DNA from: Chiloscyllium plagiosum
Taxonomy: Eukaryota
Assembly: GCF_004010195.1 (NCBI RefSeq)
Contig: NC_057719.1
Location: 59,833,088 to 59,897,087, forward strand
Direction of reading: 5' to 3'
Length of the DNA stretch: 64,000 bases
In this document: one piece after another, positions 27,089 through 39,981 of the stretch
How positions within the stretch are numbered: position 1 is the first letter of the stretch
Layout of the letters: the number at the start of each line of letters is the position of its first letter
The notes under the pieces: generated by a model
The model's input: only the letters and a program-made list of their open reading frames with translations
Told to the model about the DNA's origin: nothing
The model's database searches: none
Program-made: the position numbers and the translations under genes

Positions 27089-28601
27089 ATAACCCTCAAA
27101 GACCAGCAAGGCAGCCTTTGTGTGGAACTGCAGAAAATGGGGGAGGTACTAAATGAGTATTTTGCATCAGTATTTACTGTGGAAAAGGATATGGAAGATA
27201 TAGACTGTAGGGAAATAGATGTTGACACCTTGCAAAATGTCCAAATTACAGAAGAGGAAGTGCTGGATGTCTTGAAACGCATAAAGGTGGATAAATCTCC
27301 AGGACCTGATCAGGTGTATCCGAGAACTCAGTGGGAAGCTATAGAAGTGATTGCTGGGCCTCTTGCTGAGATATTTGNNNNNNNNNNNNNNNNNNNNNNN
27401 NNNNNNNNNNNNNNNNNNNNNNNNNNNNNNNNNNNNNNNNNNNNNNNNNNNNNNNNNNNNNNNNNNNNNNNNNNNNNNNNNNNNNNNNNNNNNNNNNNNN
27501 NNNNNNNNNNNNNNNNNNNNNNNNNNNNNNNNNNNNNNNNNNNNNNNNNNNNNNNNNNNNNNNNNNNNNNNNNNNNNNNNNNNNNNNNNNNNNNNNNNNN
27601 NNNNNNNNNNNNNNNNNNNNNNNNNNNNNNNNNNNNNNNNNNNNNNNNNNNNNNNNNNNNNNNNNNNNNNNNNNNNNNNNNNNNNNNNNNNNNNNNNNNN
27701 NNNNNNNNNNNNNNNNNNNNNNNNNNNNNNNNNNNNNNNNNNNNNNNNNNNNNNNNNNNNNNNNNNNNNNNNNNNNNNNNNNNNNNNNNNNNNNNNNNNN
27801 NNNNNNNNNNNNNNNNNNNNNNNNNNNNNNNNNNNNNNNNNNNNNNNNNNNNNNNNNATTCATGGTAAGGTCCTAGGGAGTGTTGCTGAACAAAGAGACC
27901 TTGGAGTGCAGGTTCATAGCTCCTTGAAAGTGGAATTGCAGGTAGATAGGATAGTGAAGTTGGCTTTTGGTATGCTTTCCTTTATTGATCAGAATATTGA
28001 GTACACGAGTTGGGAGGTCATGTTGTGGCTGTACAGGACATTGGTTAGACCACTGTTGGAATACTGCATGCAATTCTGGTCTTCTTCCTATCGGAAAGAC
28101 ATTGTGAAACTTAAAAGGGTTCAGAAAAGATTTACAAGGATGTTGCCAGGGTTGGAGGAACTGAGCTACAGGGAGAGGCTGAACAGGCTGGGGCTGTTTT
28201 CCCTGGAGCGTTGGAGGATGAGGGGTGACCTTATAGAGGTTTACAAAACTACGAGGGGCAAGGATAGGGTAAATAGGCAAAGTATTTTCCCTGGGGTGGG
28301 GGTGTCCAGAACTAGAGGGATTAGGTTTAGGGTGAGAGGGGAAAGATATGAAAGGGACCTAAGGGCCAACCTTTTCACACAGAGGGTGGTATGGGTATGG
28401 AATGAGCTGCCAGAGGAAGTGGAGGAGGCTGGTACAATTGCAACATTTAAGAGGAATTTGGATGGGTAAATGAATAGGAAGGGTTTGGAGGGATATGGGC
28501 TGGGTGCTGGTAGGTGGGACTAGATTGTGTTGGGATGTCTGGTTGGCATGGATGGGTTGGACCGAAGGGTTTGTTTCCATGCTGTACATCTCTATGATTC
28601 T
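27089..28601 (+). mobile_element. Younger CR1 ORF2 fragment spanning a gap
   Basis: LNEYFASVFT, KSPGPD, KRFTRMLPG, WNELPEE; tail tctatgattcta. Confidence 0.93.
27378..27857. other. Assembly gap (N run)
   Basis: N bases. Confidence 1.
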
Positions 28602-29837
28602 AAGTCACATACCTAAAATAGAAGGTAACCTAGGGGTTGTAAGAGTTGAACTTAAGAAAATGTACTGGCGAACCTTAAGGGACCAAAAGCCAACAAATGC
28701 CCAGGTCCAGGTTTTTGTACATCATTTAGTTCAAAAAGAGACAGCTGCAGAGATATTGGATGTGGTAGTAATGATTTTCCAAAATTCACTAGATTCTAAA
28801 ATGATTCAGAAGAAAGCAAATTGGAAAATTCAGGAAAGGAGGAAAAGGTAAAGCAGAGAATTACAGGCCAGTTAACCTGACATTGGCCTGAACATTTTCA
28901 TGTCATTGGGAAATTACTGGAATCCATTATTAAAGAAGTCTTAGCAATGAATGGTCAGACAAAGTCAACATGATTTTATGAAAGAAAAATCATATTTGAC
29001 AAATACACCAAGGTTTTTTTTTGTGTGAGTAGGATAGGTAAAGGGGAACCAGTTGAAGTAATATGCTTGGATTTCCAAATGGCATTTAATAATGTGCCAC
29101 ATAAAAGTTTAATTCACAAGTTAAGGGAGTGTGAATTTAAGAGGGATGCATTAGCATGATTAAAGGATGAACTAATGGATAGGAAGCAAATAATTGGGAT
29201 AAATGGCACACTTTCTCATGGAGTGCCAGAAAAATGAGTGCAGAGGCCTCAGCTATTTACAATCTATGACTCAGAGAAAGAGGATGATACAAAGCTAAGT
29301 AAGAATACATGCTCGGAGGAGGATACAAGCAGGCTAAAAAGAGATATAGCTGATTAAGTGACTCTGTAACACAGTAACAGTGGAATATAATCTGAGTAAG
29401 AATGAGGTTATTCACTTTGTCATAAGAATATTAAAAAATGTTTTTAAAAGATGAGAAACTTGTAAATGTTGATGGACAAAAGGATAAGAACTAGGGGGAG
29501 CAATTTAAAGGTCATGGGTCTCTCAATTAAGGCAGGAATGAGGAGGAGTTATTTTTTTCAGACATTCATTCATCTCTGAAGATCTCTTCTACAAAGACCA
29601 GTGGAGGCTGGGCCATTGAATATATTTAAGGCTGAGTTAGACAGATTTTTTAATTGAGGAAGAGTCATGGATTTTGTGGGACAGTCAAGAAAATGGCATT
29701 ATGACTCCAGATAAATCATCCAAGATCTTACTGAATGGTGGAGCAGGCTTGATGGACTGAATAATACCCCAATGCTCCGATTACTTATAATCTCTGATTT
29801 ATCTGCACTCTTGCAAAGAACGCAGAAAATTAGCAAA

Positions 29838-29952
29838 TAAAAACTGAAAGAACTGCGAGTGCTGCAAAAGCTCAGCAGGTCTGGCAGCATTCTGTGGAGA
29901 GAAATCAGAGTTAATGTTTTGGGTCCACTGACCCTGGACCGGAAACATTAAC
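29838..29952 (-). mobile_element. PLE family C terminal fragment with short inversion
   Basis: ctcagcaggtctggcagca...gttaatgttttgggtcca / tggaccggaaacattaac. Confidence 0.65.
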
Positions 29953-30282
29953 AGAAAGTAAGCATGTAGGTACAGCATTCAATCAGGTACAGGAAGGCAA
30001 ATAGCAAGTTGGCCTTTATTGCAAGGGGATTGGAGAACAAGAATAAATAAGTCTTGCTATAATTGTATGTTGTGTAAAACAGTTATTACCTGAAAGCGTT
30101 AAAGGCACCATGAGATAAGCTTCTCCCATCAAGATACAAAGGACTATTTCTGAGAAGTTAAAAATCACACAACACCAGGTTATAGTCCAACAGGTTTATT
30201 TGGAAGCACTAACTTTCAGAGTGCTGCTCCTTCATCAAGTGTTGTGGAGAATAAGATTGTGAGACACAGAATTTGTAGCAAA

Positions 30283-30529
30283 AAATAAAAGCAAATTACT
30301 GCAGACGCTGGAATCTGAAACCAAAAGAGAAAATGCTGGAAAATCTCAGCAGGTCTGGCAGCATCTGTAAGGAGAGAAAGGAGCTGACGTTTCGAGTCTA
30401 ACTGACCCTTTGTCAAAGCTTTGTTTCAGCTTTGACAAAGGGTCAGTTAGACTCGAAATGTCAGCTCTTTTCTCTCCTTACAGATGCTGCCAGACCTGCT
30501 GAGATTTTCCAGCATTTTCTCTTTTGGTT
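30283..30529. mobile_element. Young PLE family C hairpin insertion nested in the family B element
   Basis: 102-nt arms 30319-30420 and 30428-30529 with 2 mismatches; TSD acagaattt(g/a)tagcaaa at 30266-30282 and 30530-30546. Confidence 0.93.
30382..30420 (-). ncRNA. Hammerhead ribozyme, U3-A8 core variant
   Basis: AGCU-UUGACAA-A-GGGUC-aguua-GACUC-GAAAC-GUC^AGCU on the minus strand; mirror copy at 30428-30466 (+). Confidence 0.8.
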
Positions 30530-33500
30530 ACAGAATTTATAGCAAATGTTTACAGTGTGATGTATCTAAAATTATATATTGAAAAAGACCTGGAGTGTTT
30601 GTTCCGTCTCTCATCTTTTAGAATGAACATGTTGGTTTCAGTTCTTTCATATATAGATCGCAGAACTTTTAAAAGTTACATTCTCAAGTGAACTTTTGCA
30701 ATTAGTGCCATGTCGGCCTAGATAACACATTTAAGGTGTGCAGTGCCCTGTGTGAGACTGTCTGCCACAATATTCAGACTGATTCTAATCTAAAAAACAG
30801 ATTTACAGAATCTCACATGGATTCATTTGAGCAAAATAAAATGTAATTCTGCAAGTACAAATTCACCCACAAGCTTATATGTGTGTGTGTGTGTGTGCAT
30901 GTGGATGTGAGAATGTATGTGTGAGCGTACGAGAGACAGCTTGTGTATGAGAGAGGATCTGCATCAGTGTATGGGTCTGTAAGAGGGAGTGTGTGTGTGT
31001 AGGAGTGTGTGTGTGTGTAGGAGTGTGTGTGTATGTGTATGTGTGTGTGAAGAAATGTCTGTGTCTATCTGTGTGTGTCTATCTGGGATTGTCCATCTGT
31101 CTGTGTATGTGTGAGTGTGTGTGTAGTGCAGTGGAGTCACCTGTAGTATGACATGAACCCAAGGTCCTGGTTGAGGCCATCTCCATGGGTACCAAACTTG
31201 GCTATCAGCCTCTGCTCGGCCACCTTGAGTTGTTGCCTGTCCTGGAGTACGGAGGACCGTAACCCAAATATCCAAGGTTGAATGTCCTGGACTGCTGAAG
31301 TGTTCTTCAACTGGGATTCTCTGGCATTTTGAAACCCATTGTACACTGGACCCTGTGCTGCTGTTGTGACACTACTGATCTCTTACAGAAACTCAGCACC
31401 CACGGACCAGTCAAACCAGGACCCTTCCTTGTCACAATGGATGTTTCAGCACTCTACACCAGCATCTTCCACAATGACAGCATTGTGGCAACAACCTCAG
31501 TACTGAATACTAACAATCTGCCAAATACTGCCAATCTCCGAGCACCGTCCTACAACTCATCTGCTTCATCCTCAACCACACTTTCACCTTTGACAATCAG
31601 GCACATGGTGACCAAATTTGCACCCCAGTATGCCAGCATTTTCATGCACAGGTTTGAACAAGACTTCTTCTCTATGTAGGACCTCCAACTAACATTATAC
31701 ACCAGGTACATTGACAACATTTTTTTCCTCTGGACCCATGGCGAGGAGTCACTGAAAAAACACACGGTGATAGAAATGAGTTTGATCCCACCATCAAACT
31801 CACCATGGCATCTGTTTCATTCTTGAACACATGCATCTCCATCTAGGATGGGTATCTCAGTACCTCACTCTACCGCAAACCCACGGATAACCTCACGATG
31901 CTACACTTCTCCAGCTTCCACCTGAAACATATTAAAATAGCCATCCCCTATGGACAAGCCTCACCCACACGCAGGATCTGTTCAGATAAGGAGGAATGTG
32001 ATGGGCACCTGCAAGTATTCAAGGAGGCCCTCATAAGAATGGGGTACAATGCTCAACTCATCAACTGCCAGTTCTGACATGCCACAGCAAGAAACCGTAA
32101 TGACCTTCTCAGGAAACAGACACGAGCTGCAACCACAGAGTACTCTTTGTCATCCAGTACTTCCCAGGAGCTGAAAAACTGCGCCATGTTCTTCGCAGCC
32201 TGCAACACATTATCAATGAGGATGAGCAACTCACCAACACCTTCCCCACACGTCCACTTCTCGCCTTCAAATAACCACTAAACCTCAAACAGATCATTGA
32301 TTGTAGCAAACTGCCTTAATTTCAGGACAACACTCTACAACTTTGTCACAGTAACCGTTGCAAGACGTGTCAGAGTATTGACATGGATACCACCATTACG
32401 CGTGGGGACACCTCCCACAGTGTTCATGGCAGGTACTCATGTGACTCAGTCAACATTGTCTATCTCATAAATTGCAGACATGGATACCCTGAGGCATGGT
32501 ACATTGGTGCAACTAAGCAGAGGCTACGGCAACAGATGAATGGACATCACACAATATTCAACAGACAGGAGTGTTCCCTCCCAATCAGAAAACACTTCAG
32601 CTGTTCAGGACATTCGACCTCGGACCTTCGGGTGACCATTCTCCAAGATGGACTTCAGGAGAGGCAACAACGCAAAGTAGCTGAGCAGAGGCTGATAACC
32701 AACTTCGGTACCCATGGGGATGACCTCAACTGGGACCCTGGGTTCATGTCACACTACAGGTGACCCCACTGCACTACACACACACACAGACCCATACACT
32801 CACGCAGACCCTCTCTCATACACAAGCTCTCTCTCATCTGCTCATACACAGACTCCCACACTCACACGCACCCTCTCACAGACTTACACCCATTACACCC
32901 ACATTTACACACATGCGCACACACATATAATTTTGTGGGGTGAATTTGTATTTGCAGAATTCCATCTTATTTTGCTCAAAAACTGCATAAATCCATGTAA
33001 CATTCTATTAATCTGTTTTTTAGATTAGAATCAGTCTGAACATTGTGGCACAGACACAGGGCACTGCACACCTTAAATGCATTATCTGGCCGACATGACA
33101 CCAATTGTTAAAGTTCACTTGAGAATGTAACTTTAGAAATGTTCTGTGATTTATATATGAAAGAACTGAAACCAACACGTTCATTCTAAAAGATGAGAAA
33201 CTTAACAAACAATCCAGGTCTTTTTCAATATATAATTTCAGTTACATCACACTGTAAACTTTTGCTATAAATTCAGTGTCTTAAAATCTTATACTCCACA
33301 ACCTCCTGATGAAGGAGCGTCGCTCCGAAAGCTAGCGCTTCCAAATAAACCTGTTGGACTATAACCTGGTGTTGTGTGATTTTTAACTTTGTACACCCCA
33401 GTCCAACACCGGCATCTCTGAATCATGACTACCATTGATGTTTCTGAGAGGAGTTAACCAGTGTTGTAGTACCAGTTGGTCTAGTATGTGTAGTTAACAG

Positions 33501-33729
33501 TTATGTGTATATACCATTAAGTTGTGCCTGAAGTCTCTCAAGGGGCTATCATGTATTGCAGATAGAATATAATTAGCTTTTAAATACTATTTATTGAATC
33601 AAAACTGTTTAGCAAAACTGACTATCTCTTCTGCAAGCAAACCTGCCCACATGATAGCAGTAGCTTCATTTAATACCAGTAGGAGGGATTAATGGCAGTG
33701 ACAGACTTTTGTACTTCATAGTCATACTT

Positions 33730-34420
33730 AACAGTGTTGTACAGAGTTTTTTCAGATCAGATGCAGAATACGTTTGCAGCTTTAATCTTCATAGTTAAGG
33801 AAGGCTAGGTTTGCATTGGAGTTTGCTACAGCGAAAGTTCAGTAGCTTTGTTCTTGGGATAAGAGGGTTGTCCTATGATGAGAGTCTAAGATAATTGTGG
33901 TTATATTCTTTGGAACGACGTTTCGGGCACATGCCCTTTCCTGAAGAAGGGCATGTGCCCGAAACGTCGAATCTTCTGTTCCCTATGATGAGAGTCTAAG
34001 ATAATTGTGGTTATATTCTTTGGAACTTAGAAGCATGTGAGGTCATCTGTTTGAAATGTACAAGGTTTGGAAGAGATTTGGGGAAGTGTAAATACTGAGA
34101 GGCTCCTTCTGACTGGGAATTATGAGCCTGGGGCAATGTCTACGGGTTTGCAACTAATCATTTAGGATTCAGAGAAGGAGTCACTTCTAGTCTCAAAAAG
34201 TTGTGAATCTTTGGAAATCCCTAACCAGAGGGTTGTGGGTGTACCATCGTTACATATGTTTAAGGCTGAGACATGCAGAATTTCGGTCTCAAGAAATCAA
34301 AGGATTTGGGGAGCAAGTGGGAAAATGGAGTTGAAATCTAAGATCAGACATAATCATACTGAATGGTGGACAGGTTCAAACAACATTTGGTTTTCTCCTG
34401 ATCCTTTTTTTATGTTGCTA
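33730..34420 (+). mobile_element. Old CR1 3' fragment
   Basis: gggttgtcctatgatgagag, gttgtgaatctttggaa, tttaaggctgaga. Confidence 0.7.
33917..33981 (+). mobile_element. 65-bp family A hammerhead-only insertion with a 45-bp flanking duplication
   Basis: Duplication at 33872-33916 and 33982-34026; ttc-ctgaaga-a-gggc-atgt-gccc-gaaac-gtc-gaa. Confidence 0.9.
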
Positions 34421-34820
34421 TGACAAGCACATATAAATACATAAAGCATAAAATGATGCAGGAGACATAGAGTAGATTGAGATTGATATAACAAAAGATT
34501 AGCATACATGCATTAGGCTGAATAGTCTCCTTCTACTGCTATAAATCTTTTTGTTCTTTGGTAGCTGTCTAGCAGGGCATAAGGTGAGCTTCCAAGCCAG
34601 TCCATTAGTGGATATTGGAAGATCTCTATTGTTGTGTAACTTAGGAATTTGATTAAAACATACCTTAAGATTATCCTTAAAATATTACATTTACTTGCAC
34701 AATTCACAATGATTCATTAAAAAAAATTCATATACATATATTGTGAAAGGGAGCAATTAGATGGACCCTAGATGCAGATCAGCCATAATCTAATGAAATG
34801 GCAGCTCAAGTTGAATAGGC

Positions 34821-35024
34821 AAAAGTGAGGACTGCAGATGCTGGAAACCAGAGTTTAGATTAGAGTGGTGCTGGAAAAGCACAGCAGGTCAGGCAGCATC
34901 CGAGGAGCAGGAAAATCGACGTTTCAGATGATTCCTGATGAAGGGCTTTTGCCCGAAACGTCAATTTTCCTGCTCCTCGGATGCTGCCTGACCTGCTGCG
35001 CTTTTTCAGCACCACTTTAGTCTA
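34821..35024. mobile_element. PLE family A hairpin insertion with intact hammerhead core (34935-34962)
   Basis: Inverted arms around ctgatga-a-gggc-tttt-gccc-gaaac-gtc; imperfect TSD gctcaa..tgaat. Confidence 0.88.
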
Positions 35025-35867
35025 CGCTCAAACTGAATGGCCTACTCCTATCATATTTCCATTGAGACAGGGTTGATGCAATACAATTAGTGGAAGGAAC
35101 TATTTGTGTTTGTAAAGACCAAAGTTTCCAGGAACATGGTTTTCTTAGTTAAGGTATAATTTGACATTCACTTTGCACAAGTAATTATCTTGCCCATATT
35201 TCAGGAAACCTCTATTTACATTTATGCAGGCATCAGCAATTAAATCAGTGACCCAACCTGATCAAGGTCAAAAGATATGGTTTGCTACTTTAATTAAAAA
35301 TGAGAAAAGGCAATTCAAAATTAATGATAATTACTTTGCTCGAAACCCTGAAACTCCCCCTGTCAACTTATTTCTTAAAGGTATTGTATGATGAATTCTC
35401 AGTCAAATTCTATGACCTTGTCATCACAATAAAAATTCTGCATTGAAAACAATTTATAAGGTGCACTACTTTAAGCTTAAGCGCTGTTTACTTAATTCTT
35501 GGAAAAACTGCCAAACTGAATGATGGATTATTCCACTTTTGAACAAAACTGTATCACTGCATTGCAGGAATACTAATTGAAGGCTAAATCAATTTATCAT
35601 TACATTCCATATAAATGTTCCAAGTATATTTATGCTATGCTTTTGCAGCAGGGATGCTGAGTGAAGAAATAAGTCCTTGTTTACTTTATGTTCACCTAAT
35701 TTGAACATTAAAAAGCCTCATAAATTGTAGTAGAATGATCTTTTAATGACTATTATTTCCTTTCCAATACCATTTTCATGGTTAGGACATATATTTCAGA
35801 TGGTAACTTGTTTTAAAAAGAAAGCGAACAGAGCCAGGAAAAATTCCAGCAGACAAAAGAATTGCCA

Positions 35868-37603
35868 GTCATAGTCATAGAACCTTTCAAGCATGGAAAC
35901 AGACCTTTTGGCCCAACTCGTAAATGCTGACCAGATATCCTAAATTAATCAAGTCCCATTTGCTAGCATTTGACCTATATCCTTTAACCTCTGAAAATAA
36001 CAATCCTGGAGATCACAATGGGTCAGGCAGCATCCATGGAAACAGACTAAGCTAATGTTTCAAGTCTAGATGACTCTTCATCAGAGCTGGTGAAGTGTGG
36101 AGGGGACAGCATTTCAGATGGTGCCACCTTCCAAAACAGCGCTGCTGACATTGCTTATTCTTCCCTGACCTTGGTCTCCCAATCATTGTCGTTGACAAGG
36201 CCCTCAACCCCATCTACCTGTCACCTGTGCTTCCACCCTTGCCCCTTGCCATCACTCACAATAGCATGAATGGGTTCCCCTTGTCCTCACTTTTGATCCC
36301 ATCAGCCTTCACATTCAAAGGATCATTCTCCCCATTTAAGACAACTCCAGCAAAATGCCACCACCGAATACACCTTCCCCTCACTCCCTGTGTCTGCATT
36401 TCACAAGGATTGTTCCCTCTGGGATACCCTAGTAGTCTACAACCACCACCACCAGCCTGTCTCCCCACGGCACCTCCCCATGTAACCACAGAAGGTGCAA
36501 CACCTGCCCCTTCATGTTCTCCCTGCTCACCATCCAAGGGCCTAAACTGTCTTTCAGGTGAAGCAACATTTCTTCTGTACCTCCTCCAGTCTTGTGTGTT
36601 GTATTCACTGCACTCAATGTGACCTACTCTACACTGAAGAAACCAAACACTGACAGGGTGACCGCTTTGTGGAACATCTCTGGTCTGTGCACAAGCATGA
36701 CCCTGACCTTTCCATAGCCGGTCATCTTAATACAGCATTCTGCTCATATGCTCACATTATCTGTCCTTAGCACGCTGTAGTGATCCAATGAATCACAGTG
36801 CAAACTGAAGGAACAGCATCTCATCTTCAGACTAGGCACTTTACAGCCTTCTGGATTTAATATTGAGTTCAACATCTTTAAATTGTGAAGTATTTCTTTC
36901 ATTTCTTTTAGCTTGTTGTCATGTACCCACCCTCCACCCCTCCACCCCTCCCCATCCTACTTCCTGTCCTTTCAAGTCTGGCAGAAGACACACTATTTTT
37001 CTGCTATTTTCACATTCTGATCACTTAATGTATACTCCTAACATCTTTTCTCCATCAGCATCCTACACCCACTACCCCCACCAACATCCACCAAACTATA
37101 CCATACATGCTGTCTCCTGTACATTTCACTTCAGCTCTGATGAAAAGTCACCTAGGCTTGAAATGTTAACTTGCTGTCTCTCCATGGATGCTGCCTGACC
37201 CACTGTGATCTCCAGCATTTATTGTTTTCAGTACAGATTCTAGCATCTGAAGTAATTTGTTCCCTGTAAACCCTTCCTATTCCTATATCCATCCAGATGC
37301 CTTTTAAATATTGTAAATGTATCAGCATACACCACTTCCTCTGGCAGCTCATTCCATATACGCACCACCCTCTGTGTGAAAAGGTTGTCCCCTAGGTCCC
37401 TTTTAAACGTTTCCCCTCTCAGCTTAAACTAATGCCCTCTAGTTTTGGACTCCCCCCATCCTAGGAAAAAGACCTTGGCTATTCATTCCATCATGTCCCT
37501 CATGATTTTATAAACCTCTATAAGGTCACCCCTCACCTCTGATGCTCCAGGGAAAATACCCAGCTTATTCAACCTCTCCCTATAGTTCAAATCCTTCAAC
37601 CCC
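35868..37603 (-). mobile_element. CR1 3' fragment split by a PLE insertion
   Basis: CR1 tail at 35868-35990 resumes at ~37262. Confidence 0.85.
35991..37261 (+). mobile_element. 5'-truncated PLE (family C) with inverted 5' arm, decayed GIY-YIG and hammerheads at 36050-36088 (-) and 37133-37171 (+)
   Basis: tgtattcactgcactcaatgtgacctactctacactgaagaaaccaaa (CIHCTQCDLLYTEETK); agct-ctgatga-a-stem-gaaa in both arms. Confidence 0.85.
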
Positions 37604-38849
37604 AAATGAAATATCGTGATGGAACTTGCAGCCAGAGCATTTCAAATTCTGGAAAAAGCTTTACCTCATGCCACCATTATGGTTTTTCTATCTCTGTCCA
37701 TGTGAGGTGTCCCATGGATCAATATCTATGCTGAGAGCCTGCTGCAGCATGTGGGGAACAAGGTGTATTCGGACAATGGGTTCTGCTGGCACCATCACCT
37801 CCTCATACTAAAATACATTTAGCCTTTCCCTGGCCTCTGGGTCCAAAAGTGTTAGTGTGAATGAAGTGGTCAGTGCTGTCTGAGGCAAGCAAGTATGGAG
37901 AACACAGGATGCAAATGCCTTAAGAGAGCCAGAGATCAATCAGGAGCCACATGTCTATGTCCAGTATGATGCATTGGTCTGTGATTAATGTTGTTTCCCT
38001 CTTAAATAGTTACCCTAAACCTTTGTGAGGGTTGCAGCTCTCTCCCTCACAGGTTGAGATACTGACCTAACGCACTCCAGGTAAGGCCATAGCCATTACT
38101 TTCCCATTGCTCACTTTTAGTTTCCAGTATGATGGAAGGCAACAGCAAGCAATCTTCAGACAATGGGTTCCTGCCTCTGCATCTTTGTATCAATAAGGAC
38201 CCAAGCATCCAGATCCCTTTCTGATGGCTAACAACATTCCCCCCCACCGCCATCCCTCTGTAAACCTCATAGGCTATCCACTTCACCAGGTTCTCCCCTC
38301 AACCTGTCTACACGGGTCTGCACTGACTCACCTTTTCTCCACAACCTGTGGCATAAGAAGTGACAATGCCAGGTCTGATCATACACTGTCCCTTTACTGT
38401 TGAAGCCAGGGTGTTCCTGACCATAGACGAACACTGCCTCCTGCACATGACCACCTTTGTAACCATACTTCATTATATCCACCATCGCTGCCTGCCCACA
38501 AGCACCTGACAAAAACAGATGCCTGTTCTGACCTTCACACTAATAATCTTGACATTTAGTTGGTTTGGTAATTTAGCAAGTTGAATATTAATGAAGCAGT
38601 AGTTGTGCTTTTAATATGGTGGTTAATAAGCAATAATCCCCCTTAATTCGCAATTCACTGTTGCCCTTGCCTAATCGCCCAGCAGATGCATGAAAGATGC
38701 AACATGATGCTCTTGATGTTGAGATACACCTCTCTGGCCTTTTTACATAGTTCTGCCACTAATCTTGTCACGGCCCATGTTGTTCAGGCCCTTAAAGTAA
38801 TCCACCCCATGTCTCAAATATCAGCTTAACTGGACCAACCTTGTAGTAT

Positions 38850-39510
38850 GGTGTATAATGATTCATTAGAATTTTCAGCTGAATGTGGAATATAAGGCCC
38901 CACCAGACCAACCAAAGAAGTGGCGCCTCATCATATTGTCTGCTCTACTCTGACCCTGGCTGACCAACAGACTGCATTATATCTGCACGTCACCTCAGTA
39001 GGGGATGGGGGAAACTAATAGACCCATCAGCCATGATTGCACTGGGTAACCCTTGTAAGTTCAACAATGCGACTGGGATAGGATGGTCACCACTTCCTTG
39101 GTTCACAGATGTGACTCCAGCAGCTGGTATAGTTCTGTGACAGGGTCCTTGGACAACTTCAGCACATAGTGACACTGCACATCACTCAAACAGAGGAAAG
39201 TGTATTGATGTGGAAAGGCTCTGAACATTCTTAACAAGTAAAGCATCTTGAGGGGTCCCTCAGTTATGACTTCTTCATTTGGAGGTTGATCGAGTTTTGC
39301 TAAAGGTTGCTTCTGGTCTGGGCTTGCTGAAGCATTTGTTCCTCCTCCATATCCTTCATTACTTTGCAGCAACAACAATGATAATCTTTTCTGTGGATGG
39401 ATCCATCAGTCATGACAGCAGCCCTGGCTGGGGAGGAGAAGAAACAGACCTGACCTTGCCAATGAAAGTAGTCAGTGTTCACTGACCACTCTAAACATCC
39501 AACTGATGAT
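38850..39510 (-). mobile_element. PIF/Harbinger transposase remnant
   Basis: Minus strand IHRKDYH, KGYPVQSWLM, RYNAVCWSARVRVEQTI resemble HARBI1-family DDE motifs. Confidence 0.7.
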
Positions 39511-39981
39511 GCATACACACAGACTGACCACTGATTCTGCCTTTGACTGACTGTATCAGCACCATCTGACTAACAACAGAGCTCTTGAATTGATTTGAGG
39601 GCTTTCCTTCTACTTTGAGACAATGTCATTTGGTTTATGCACATGCAGTATTTTTGCTGCACAACCTGCTGGCACATGCTGTAAGTATGTGATTGAAGAG
39701 AGCACAGTGTTTTGCAGCAATATGTTCACCTCTTGACTGATAACTCCTGGCAAGCATTATAAACTGTCTGATTTTGTCTGCGACTAGCAGGAAGACAAGA
39801 CAAAACTATTGTGAGTCTTTAACAGTGACAAGGCAAGGTAAGGCAAGACAGTGATGCTGTGAGCTCCAGGTAGATGCCAACTGGGTGAGTACTAAACAAG
39901 CAAGTAAGCAGCCATGAGATGCAGGTTAGTCCAATTTAGGACTGAGTGCCTGTCCTGTGGGCAAACCTTGCAGCATTGTCT

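Larger units (their letters stand above)
26650..29790 (+). mobile_element. Old CR1 (26650-27088 and 28602-29790) interrupted by a younger CR1
   Basis: Decayed ttacaggccagttaacctgac (YRPVNL) and ttggatttccaaatggcattt (LDFQMAF), CR1 3' end near 29700-29790. Confidence 0.75.
30156..33440 (+). mobile_element. Decayed Penelope-like retroelement (family B): inverted 5' arm 30156-31325, then RT, GIY-YIG and 3' terminal repeat with hammerhead at 33306-33334
   Basis: LVTMDVSALYTSI, FAPQYASIFM, RYIDNIFFLW, NIVYLINC...WYIGATKQRLRQQMNGH; candidate TSD tttctgaga at 30147-30155 and 33441-33449. Confidence 0.93.

Noticed and set aside
17288..27868. ORFs made of X residues
   Set aside because: They span the N gaps
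30319..30529. Hairpin as a MITE or pre-miRNA
   Set aside because: The asymmetric tail, 17-bp TSD and homology to GIY-YIG-linked repeats indicate PLE origin
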